Virus record (IMG/VR): IMGVR_UViG_3300042541_000169
Location: 1 to 62,238 of that record
Direction: 5' to 3' (one strand)
Length of the DNA stretch: 62,238 bases
Source: a virus
Lineage: Duplodnaviria; Caudoviricetes
The translations under genes were made by a program, and so were the position numbers. The notes beneath the pieces were generated by a model. The model made no database searches, was not told where the DNA came from, and saw only the letters and a list, made by a program, of their open reading frames with translations. Of the stretch, positions 9,057 to 17,116 are shown in pieces (position 1 is the first letter of the stretch; each line of letters begins with the position of its first letter).

Positions 9057-10811
9057 ATGAGCCTCAACAGCTTGCAAGACCGGATGGAGCAACGCGCAGC
9101 GTCAATGGCGCAGATGGCAAAACGCGCCAATAATCCGCAAGATATTCAAGCCATGCAGCAACGGCTTACTACGGAGATTCAGAACGGCACAATCAAGCCA
9201 TACATTGGCATCCCGTTGATCCAAGAACTAACCAAACGGTTAGGGGAAGCTAAAGCCAAGGCGGCTATGAATGTTATGGGGGCACCTGCACAAGGTGGCG
9301 CACCCGCAGCACCTGCGGCTCCTATTGCTCAACAAGTTATGCAGCAAGCTACGCAAGAAAGCCAAGGCGTCGAGGCTCTTCCATCTAACCTGCCGGAATC
9401 TTATGCTGGTGGTGGGATTATTGCGTTTGCTAATGGCGGTGAAGCTGAAGAGCCACTGCGGTTTCAAAATGAAGGTGTAGTTCCTTCAGAACTAAAATAT
9501 AAAGACTGGAGTAGTTTGCCCCCTGCAAGAGACGGTGGAGGCCCATTTTTTAGCGGAGATGTAGGCGCTAAGATAGGCACGGCTTTGGAACAAGGGAAAC
9601 GGCGTATTGACCCGATTAGCGGAGAATCAATTACGTATGGTCAATTTTTACGCAACCAAGAAAAAGAACGTACTGGGGCAGCACCCCTTGCAGGTAGTAC
9701 TCCGGTCTTAGATTCTAGGGGCGCTACATTTTCTGGAATGCAGGGGGGGACTAACCTTCCTACAACCTTTGCGCCTCCCCCTGTTGTTAATGCCGGTGGT
9801 GGCGGTGGCGGTGGCGGCGGTAAAACCGCCCCAATTACTTTACCTACGGCAAACTTAGGTACTCCACCTACGGTCACAAGTTTTAAAGATTTTATGGGCG
9901 ATCTACCTAAAAAAATAAGTGACGAAGCAGAAAAAGCAGTTAACGCACGTAAAACAGAATTAGAAAAACTTGATAACCCTTTGTTCAAGGCGCAAGAAGA
10001 TGTCATAGCTAAACGCGAAGGGCGTATTGCGCAAGATTCTAAAGTCGCGGGGCTTATGGCGTTGGCCAGAGCAGGTCTTAAAACTGCTGCGGGCACGTCA
10101 CGTAACGCACTACAAAACATAGCCACGGGTCTTGAAGGCGGGCTGGACGATCTCATCAAAGCAGAAGCTGCAAAACGTGCCGCTATGGAGCGGGCTGAAG
10201 ACGCTCGTATGAATCTTACAGCGCAGAAAAATGCTGCGGCTAAAGGTAATATCACTGCGGCGGATACGGCGGGCGAACGTGCAGCAAATAATATGTATAG
10301 AGCAAATCAATTAACAACAACCGCTAAACATTACGACGACACCGCAAAAATTAGTTTGTTTGGAATTGAATCCCAACGGGGGCTTGGTAAAGCGCAATTA
10401 GAACAACAAGGAATTCTTGGGCTTGAAAATCTTAAACTACAAAAACAGCAATTAGGTCAAACTGGTTCGTACCAACAAGCAGCTCTTGCGCAACAAGGTG
10501 ATCTGGCTAGACAAAATCTTGCTATGCAAGAAAGACGGTTCAATGCGATGGACAAAGCGTCTCAAGCGCGTTTACAACAAGTTAAGGCAAACGCGTCTAA
10601 GGACTTCACTATAAATGTTGCGCCACAACTTAATGCGCAATTTACTAAAGAGTATGGCCCTAATTGGCGCACTGCCCAAGACGCCCGTAGTCTTCAAGCT
10701 CAAATGCTATTCACACAACAACAAGATGCTTATGTGTCACAAGCTACAGGCCAAGCAATGGACGTTTTAGGTGCCCGTCAAGCAGATACTCTTTTGTTTA
10801 TGGGTCAATAA
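9057..10811 (+). CDS. Ejection protein (helical, Ala/Gln-rich)
   Basis: SD AAGGA; YAGGGIIAFANGG motif; coiled-coil character; synteny. Confidence 0.65.
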   Translation: MSLNSLQDRMEQRAASMAQMAKRANNPQDIQAMQQRLTTEIQNGTIKPYIGIPLIQELTKRLGEAKAKAAMNVMGAPAQGGAPAAPAAPIAQQVMQQATQESQGVEALPSNLPESYAGGGIIAFANGGEAEEPLRFQNEGVVPSELKYKDWSSLPPARDGGGPFFSGDVGAKIGTALEQGKRRIDPISGESITYGQFLRNQEKERTGAAPLAGSTPVLDSRGATFSGMQGGTNLPTTFAPPPVVNAGGGGGGGGGKTAPITLPTANLGTPPTVTSFKDFMGDLPKKISDEAEKAVNARKTELEKLDNPLFKAQEDVIAKREGRIAQDSKVAGLMALARAGLKTAAGTSRNALQNIATGLEGGLDDLIKAEAAKRAAMERAEDARMNLTAQKNAAAKGNITAADTAGERAANNMYRANQLTTTAKHYDDTAKISLFGIESQRGLGKAQLEQQGILGLENLKLQKQQLGQTGSYQQAALAQQGDLARQNLAMQERRFNAMDKASQARLQQVKANASKDFTINVAPQLNAQFTKEYGPNWRTAQDARSLQAQMLFTQQQDAYVSQATGQAMDVLGARQADTLLFMGQ

Positions 10812-10813
10812 AC

Positions 10814-13800
10814 ATGATCATTAATCTCCCTAAACTTGGCCCCGTCAACTTTCGGGATGACCTAACGCAAGAACAATTTCAAGCACAACTTGCCGCGCTT
10901 CAACAGAAGTATGACTTTAAACTGCCAAAGCCCGATGTAGGGATTGGCACCCTCCTTAAACGTGGTTTTATGCGTAATTTGGGGGAAACAGGTATCGCTT
11001 TTGGGGACACGCTCCCCGCTATGGGCGCATCTATGCTTGGCTTTGATGACTACGCTAAACGGCAGATGGAAGAAGCTGCTACTTCACGCGCTGCGTTAGA
11101 GGCTAAATACCCTACGCAATACAAGTCATACACCGAAGTTGAAGGGCTTGGAGACGTTCTCCCATTTGCGGCTGAGACTCTTGGTGAACTTGCCCCAACT
11201 GCATTGACTGCAATGGTTCCCGGTGTGGGGGCTGAAGTACTCGCAGGTAGAGCGGCTGCTCGTGGTGTTATGGGCGCGGCTTTAGAAGCTGGCCCTTTGT
11301 CTATGGCTGGCCGTGCTGCGGCTGAGACTGCGGCTAAACAAGCTGCACAAACAAGCGGTCGTCGTGCAATGTATGGTGGTGTATACCTTGGCTCGTTTGC
11401 CCAGAATGCTCCTGAAGTGTTTGAGAGTATCTACCGTGAAACGGACAAGATGGAACCGGGTATCGCTGCTCTGTTTGGTGGCCTTTCATCGGTGCTGGAT
11501 ACGATTGTCCCCGGCAAGGTGCTGGATGATTTGGGTGCGTATGGCAAAACTAAGTTGATTGAAAAGCTAACTAAGGCATCCGGTGCCGCACCTAGCGTGT
11601 GGAAATACATCGGCAAAGAAGCCGCTAAAACAGCGGGTACTGAAGGTCTGACCGAAGCTACACAAGAAGCTCTCAACGCCGCTGCTGAACAAGTAGCGGG
11701 TAGCACTAAGGGATTGCTCGATCCTGAAAATATCCAGCGATATAAAGAATCGTTTGTTAAGGGCGCTATAGGTGGCAGTGCGTTTGGTACCGTTGGTGGA
11801 GCAAGCCAAGGTTTCACGGCCAAGAAAGACTACGCTGGTACTAAAGAAGCTGAAGCCGCCCTCAAAGCCCAGTATGAAGCTGAGAAAGCGGCTGGCACTC
11901 TGACGCCAGAGAAGAAAGCTGAGTACGATATTGCGTTTGAAGAAGCACGTAAACAACGTGAAGCAGAGTTAACCTCTACATTTGCGGGACTCCCAGACTT
12001 CTTGCAGCGTGAAGAAAACCTCAAGGCGCTTCAAGCCCGTATGGATACGACCCGCCCCGGGTCTACTGCCTACGCTGAACTGGACGCGGAGATTAAGAAA
12101 GCGCAAGAAGAAGTTGCTGCTGCCCGCGCCAAACAAGCGGAACTTGATGCTGAGAAAGCACAAGGTAGTGCGTTTGCCAAAGTGCCTCCTACCCCCGGTA
12201 CTGGGGGTATGTACAGCCCCGCGCTGGAACAACAACGTGAGGAACAACAGCAAGCTACACGTGACTTTGCATTTGGCCCTACCGCTACAAAAACGCCCGG
12301 TGATCCCGTTACGATTGATACGCTCAAGACGCTTAAAATTTCTGATCGTTCCAAAGTTGGTATGGGATTATTAGGTACCGATCTTGATACAGTAGATGGC
12401 CGTCGTAAGTTTATCCAAACGCTAGAAAAACCTGATTTTGTAGGAACGATTAACGAATCTGCTTACGATGACATCATTAGTACGTTTGATCCTAAGGAAG
12501 TTGGTGCCGCTCGTGCTGAGATGCGTAGTGAGGAACTCTCCCCCACAAAACAAAAGCAGCAAGGACAAACACGGGCCTTTGCATTTGGAGACTCCAATGT
12601 TACAAAACCTGACGCAACAACAGTTGGAACAGGCACTGGTGTGGCTGGACAGCCCGCAGGTACAGCCGTATCCGAAGGAACTACAGAATCTGAACGAGGT
12701 GGAGTGGATGTTACTGAGCGGGCTACTAATGACGCTACAAGCGGAGAAGGACAACAGTCAGGTTCATTAACAGAGGAGACTACAAGTGGCACTCAAACCG
12801 CTGAAACCAAGCAAACAAAAGCGCAAAGACAAGAAGCACCCGCAGCCGCAGTAACTACTAAACGGGGCACGTCGGTTCGTCCCGATTTGTCCACAGAACT
12901 GCCAGCTATCCAACAGCAGCTTGGACGAAAAGGTGTGAAGTTAGATGAGCAGAGCAAAGATGCTAGTGCGTACTTTAATAGAGTATCGCCTGAAATGGCG
13001 TTGGATTCTATTGCCAACGATTTAATATTTCAGCCTACTGCTTACCGCAACTCAAAGATGACGCTGCCTAGCGTGTCTAAACCCGGCGCTGTTGCAACTA
13101 CACCTGAACCTATGTTCAGCACGGAGGCCGAAGCCGCGTTCTTTAAAGGTCAAGGCGGTATCCACGCTAAGAATGCTGAGAAATGGGCACGTGCAAACTT
13201 ATCTCCAGAAGCGGTGTCGTTCTTGGATGAAAAGATTGCCGAGTACACAAAACAAAAACAAGACGTTGAAGTTGTTAGCCGTCGGCAACAAGCCACGCAA
13301 AAGATTCGTAAGGCTACTAAAGAACAAGTTAAAAGAGAAAACGAAGCTCCAAGACGTGCGTCAGCGCAAAAAGCAATTGACGATGTGTACTTTGGCGATA
13401 TGGATGACATAGCCGATACCGACCTCCGCAATCTATTTGCTGACGAAGATGTTGCTGCGCTACATACACAAGCCCACCCGGCGGTACTGAATCAACTAGA
13501 GAACAACAACTTGATAGGTGCGTTGCAAGCACTGGCGGACAGCGGTTCATCCAAGACAGCAGAACTCTTTGCACAGAACTTGTCCAAACTGGTTGGTAAT
13601 GTGAACCTAGTATATGGAGCGGAACGCTCTATGTACGACCCAAAGACCAACACAGTCTACCTGCGTGATGGCGCTACTGAGTACGAGATTTTGCATGAGT
13701 CTTCACATGCGTCCATGTCTCACACTTTGGACAATCCGTCTCACCCAGTTACCCGTCAGGTGACCACCCTCTTCAACCAAATGAAGAAAGGCACTGAAGG

Positions 13801-16800
13801 GACTTATGGTGCGCAAGACATACAAGAGTTTGCTGCCGAAGCGTGGAGTAACGATGCGTTCCGCAACCGCCTGAAAGAATTTAAACCTACTGGCGAGAAG
13901 TTCACTGGTTGGGAGCGTCTGGTCAATGCTGTGCGTCAGTTGTTCCGCTTGCCTCCTAAACAGGCGACTGCATTAGATGCGATTGATCGCATGCTCAACG
14001 ACATCGTTAGTCCTCCGCCTGAAACACGTATGGGCGAAACCATGTACGCGCAGTCTTTAAGCAACCCCAATATTGCTCAAGAGATGTTTACAAAGATGGG
14101 CGACACTATCCGCAAGCAACCCATCATGAACAGCGAACGTGCTGTTGGGTTTTGGAAAGCCGCAGAAAAGATTGGCACGACTGGCCGTCAGTTGATGTAC
14201 AAGGCGTTGAACTTATCTGCTTTGGGTGAAGTCGGTAGTAGGTATCTAGGTAATTCCGCAACCCGATTTGCAAGTACCGTTGAGGAGATGGCGGGTTATC
14301 AAGAAAAACTTCTTGAAGCCATGTCCCCCTTGCATCGTCGCTTAACTGAGTTCCGTCAAGCCCCCGAGTACCAAGCATGGTCTACCTTGGTAAATGATTC
14401 CACTCGTGTGGACGTAAACCCTGAAGCAGACTTGAGTAAGTACAGAGGCAGTCCTACGAAGGAAGCCGAATGGAAACAACTCCATGCAAGGTTTAACAAA
14501 CTTACACCAACTGGCCAGAAGTTATACCGTGATCTATTTGCCACCTACAAAAAACTTGATGAGGAGTTTTTAAAATCGTTGGAGCGCAACATCGAGGCTA
14601 CGGTGGGAGATAAGTCGCAAGCCGCATCTGCTTATCAAAAGATTCTGTTTGAGTTAAGCACCGTGCGTATCGACCACTATGCACCGCTGTTCCGCGAAGG
14701 GCAGTTCTGGTTACAGTACGACATCAAAGGCGACACCAAGAAAGAAACCTTTGACTCCGAGGCTGAACGTGACTTTGCGCGTAAAAAACTTGAAGCCAGC
14801 GGTGTTACAAACATTGACGCATATTCACGGGCAGATCAACTGACAACCAAGACCGTACCGTCTGGCACTATGTTGGCCGACATCATGAAGATTATGAAAG
14901 ACAATGGTGCCGGGGAAGATGCTATCAATGACTTGATACAACTTGTTGTCAACGCTATGCCTGAAGCCAGCATTTTAAAGAGCCGTCAAAAGCGTACTGG
15001 TATTGGTGGTTACATCGACAACGCCGCTTATGTGTTTGATCGTGTAAGTAGTAACACTGCACGTCAGTTGGCCCGGATGCAGTATGGCCCTGAACTACAA
15101 CGTCTTGTAGTGGATATGCAAAAAACGGTTAATGAAGCTCGTGGTGATACCAACACCTATGGCGTGGAACTCATTAAAGAGTTTGAAGGTCGCCGTGGGT
15201 TTGCCATGAAGCCAACTCTATCCGGTTTGTCGCAGTTTGCAAGCTCGGGTGCGTTTTACTACAACCTTGCCGGTAACGTTTCTTCTGCGGTTGTACAAAC
15301 ACTGCAAACTCCGTTGGTTGTCTTTCCGCAACTTGGTGGTGAGTATGGGTTTGAAAAATCGTATGCGGCATTGAAGAATGCCATGCGGCTCTATACCGGT
15401 AGTGGCTATACCAAAAATGTTACTGAGTTAACTGGCGAAGTATCTAAACAAAAAGCCATGCTCTCCATCGAGAACTCGGTCAACGGGGGTGACAGTAAAG
15501 CTCAGAGGTACAAAGGTCTTATTGGGGCTATGAAAGATCGTGGGCTTCTGTCTACATCTACCGCACGTGATGCGCTAAGTTCTGAAAACAATAATTCATC
15601 AGGTTACGGCAGCACAAACAAACTGGCGCGAGTTACTGCGTTGGTAGGTTCTTTTATGTTCCATCATTCTGAACGTATGAACCGTGAGATTACAGCCGTT
15701 GCCGCTTTTGATTTGGAGATGGCGAAGCTCAAAGCTCCCAAGTACTCCAAGATGAGCGACCTTGAAAAGCAAAACCAAGCCATTGATAAAGCTCTTGCGC
15801 TGGTGGAATATGCGCACGGTGCGGGTAGTACGCTCTCCGGGCCAAGCCTTGGTCAGAGTGACATAGGAAAAGTTTTGATGGTGTTTAAGCGGTTTGCGTT
15901 CAGCATGTACTACATGTTGTTTGACACTATGATCCGTTCGCTCCCCACCAAAGGTGCAACAGGTGAACAGCTTGAAGCAATCAAAGCGGCTCGTCGCCAA
16001 CTTGTTGGTATATACGGCATGTCTGCGCTCTTTGCAGGTGTAAAAGGTATACCTCTGTACTGGGTTGCCGAGTTGGCTTATAACATGTTCCAAGGCGAGG
16101 ACGACGATGACTTTGATACTGTTATGCGTGAATTCTTTGGCGACTTCTTTTACAAAGGCCCAGTCAATTACCTTACCAATCTAAGCATTGCAGATCGTGT
16201 GGGTTGGACTGACTTGTTGTGGCGTGAGCAAAAAGGTAGCAAGGCTGATGCGAGTGCATTATCGCAAATTCTTGAAACCGCTCTTGGCGCACCATACTCG
16301 ATTCTTAATAATTTGTTCCGTGCAAAAGACCTGATTGCCGAAGGCCAGTACGAGCGTGGCATTGAGGCTATGCTCCCCGTAGGTATACGCAACTTGTTGA
16401 AAGGCGGGCGCTATGCAGTTGAGGGTGCTAACACTATACGTGGCGATGCAGTGGGGGATGTGAGTGGGTATAACTCTGCTATGCAGTTACTCGGGTTTGC
16501 CCCTGCCGACTTGATGAAGCAGTACGAAGAGAATGCGTACATGACCGAAAAGGGTAAAGCCATCAAATCCATAGAGAAGAATGCGCTGAAGAAGTACTAT
16601 GCGGCGATGCGTGAGGGTGACACCGATGGGATGATGGAGGCACGTGAGAAGTTATTTGAACTTGGCGCTAAGTACCCTGATCTAAAAATCAGTGAAAGCA
16701 CAATCTCGCAATCAGTAAAAGCACGAGATCGCGTCTCAAATGAAATGTACCACGGTGTACAACTTGATCGTAAGCTGGCTCCCTACTTGAAGCAAGCTGC

Positions 16801-16822
16801 CGCAGAAGCATACGGTGATTAA
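10814..16822 (+). CDS. Large (2002 aa) ejection / polyvalent-type protein with zincin-like motif
   Basis: Last and largest gene of the virion operon; ILHESSHA (HExxH) followed by QEFAAEAWSN. Confidence 0.75.
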   Translation: MIINLPKLGPVNFRDDLTQEQFQAQLAALQQKYDFKLPKPDVGIGTLLKRGFMRNLGETGIAFGDTLPAMGASMLGFDDYAKRQMEEAATSRAALEAKYPTQYKSYTEVEGLGDVLPFAAETLGELAPTALTAMVPGVGAEVLAGRAAARGVMGAALEAGPLSMAGRAAAETAAKQAAQTSGRRAMYGGVYLGSFAQNAPEVFESIYRETDKMEPGIAALFGGLSSVLDTIVPGKVLDDLGAYGKTKLIEKLTKASGAAPSVWKYIGKEAAKTAGTEGLTEATQEALNAAAEQVAGSTKGLLDPENIQRYKESFVKGAIGGSAFGTVGGASQGFTAKKDYAGTKEAEAALKAQYEAEKAAGTLTPEKKAEYDIAFEEARKQREAELTSTFAGLPDFLQREENLKALQARMDTTRPGSTAYAELDAEIKKAQEEVAAARAKQAELDAEKAQGSAFAKVPPTPGTGGMYSPALEQQREEQQQATRDFAFGPTATKTPGDPVTIDTLKTLKISDRSKVGMGLLGTDLDTVDGRRKFIQTLEKPDFVGTINESAYDDIISTFDPKEVGAARAEMRSEELSPTKQKQQGQTRAFAFGDSNVTKPDATTVGTGTGVAGQPAGTAVSEGTTESERGGVDVTERATNDATSGEGQQSGSLTEETTSGTQTAETKQTKAQRQEAPAAAVTTKRGTSVRPDLSTELPAIQQQLGRKGVKLDEQSKDASAYFNRVSPEMALDSIANDLIFQPTAYRNSKMTLPSVSKPGAVATTPEPMFSTEAEAAFFKGQGGIHAKNAEKWARANLSPEAVSFLDEKIAEYTKQKQDVEVVSRRQQATQKIRKATKEQVKRENEAPRRASAQKAIDDVYFGDMDDIADTDLRNLFADEDVAALHTQAHPAVLNQLENNNLIGALQALADSGSSKTAELFAQNLSKLVGNVNLVYGAERSMYDPKTNTVYLRDGATEYEILHESSHASMSHTLDNPSHPVTRQVTTLFNQMKKGTEGTYGAQDIQEFAAEAWSNDAFRNRLKEFKPTGEKFTGWERLVNAVRQLFRLPPKQATALDAIDRMLNDIVSPPPETRMGETMYAQSLSNPNIAQEMFTKMGDTIRKQPIMNSERAVGFWKAAEKIGTTGRQLMYKALNLSALGEVGSRYLGNSATRFASTVEEMAGYQEKLLEAMSPLHRRLTEFRQAPEYQAWSTLVNDSTRVDVNPEADLSKYRGSPTKEAEWKQLHARFNKLTPTGQKLYRDLFATYKKLDEEFLKSLERNIEATVGDKSQAASAYQKILFELSTVRIDHYAPLFREGQFWLQYDIKGDTKKETFDSEAERDFARKKLEASGVTNIDAYSRADQLTTKTVPSGTMLADIMKIMKDNGAGEDAINDLIQLVVNAMPEASILKSRQKRTGIGGYIDNAAYVFDRVSSNTARQLARMQYGPELQRLVVDMQKTVNEARGDTNTYGVELIKEFEGRRGFAMKPTLSGLSQFASSGAFYYNLAGNVSSAVVQTLQTPLVVFPQLGGEYGFEKSYAALKNAMRLYTGSGYTKNVTELTGEVSKQKAMLSIENSVNGGDSKAQRYKGLIGAMKDRGLLSTSTARDALSSENNNSSGYGSTNKLARVTALVGSFMFHHSERMNREITAVAAFDLEMAKLKAPKYSKMSDLEKQNQAIDKALALVEYAHGAGSTLSGPSLGQSDIGKVLMVFKRFAFSMYYMLFDTMIRSLPTKGATGEQLEAIKAARRQLVGIYGMSALFAGVKGIPLYWVAELAYNMFQGEDDDDFDTVMREFFGDFFYKGPVNYLTNLSIADRVGWTDLLWREQKGSKADASALSQILETALGAPYSILNNLFRAKDLIAEGQYERGIEAMLPVGIRNLLKGGRYAVEGANTIRGDAVGDVSGYNSAMQLLGFAPADLMKQYEENAYMTEKGKAIKSIEKNALKKYYAAMREGDTDGMMEAREKLFELGAKYPDLKISESTISQSVKARDRVSNEMYHGVQLDRKLAPYLKQAAAEAYGD
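12597..12770 (+). CDS. Candidate overprinted 57-aa gene in the +1 frame of the large ejection gene
   Basis: GGAG at 12587-12590, 6 nt before ATG; amphipathic helical sequence MLQNLTQQQLEQALVWLDSP... Confidence 0.45.
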   Translation: MLQNLTQQQLEQALVWLDSPQVQPYPKELQNLNEVEWMLLSGLLMTLQAEKDNSQVH

Positions 16823-16848
16823 AAAAAGACCCCGGCGCAAGGCCGGGG
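16821..16848 (-). terminator. Rho-independent terminator at the convergence of the two genome arms
   Basis: CCCCGGC/GCCGGGG stem; A7 tract at 16821-16827 gives a U-tract on the - strand. Confidence 0.85.
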
Positions 16849-16892
16849 CATAAAGAAAAGCTGCAATCACAAGGAGAAAGCGACGTGTTGCC
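16821..16892 (-). ncRNA. Candidate ~72-nt small RNA with anti-SD loop
   Basis: Extended -10 TGcTAGAGT (16899-16907), hairpin GUCGC-UUUCUCCUU-GUGAU, then terminator. Confidence 0.4.
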
Positions 16893-16912
16893 AAACAAAC
16901 TCTAGCACACTG

Positions 16913-17116
16913 TCAATTAATTCGCCAGAATCTTACTCCCTGCGTGCCTCTTTCCAAAACAAAACGAAACTTAATCTTCATCCCGCGTTGCTTAGTAGTC
17001 GCAATTAATTGATCTGCAACGTTACGACGATCTAAGCACGGGATGTAGAAGGAACTACCCACTACAAACTTGTGCCACTCTAATATAACTGGTACGCCAT
17101 CAGCCAATATTGTCAT
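16913..17116 (-). CDS. Small hypothetical protein, possibly DNA-binding
   Basis: MTILADGVP...GVRFWRIN; ATG at 17116 overlaps the primase end. Confidence 0.7.
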   Translation of the reverse strand: MTILADGVPVILEWHKFVVGSSFYIPCLDRRNVADQLIATTKQRGMKIKFRFVLERGTQGVRFWRIN

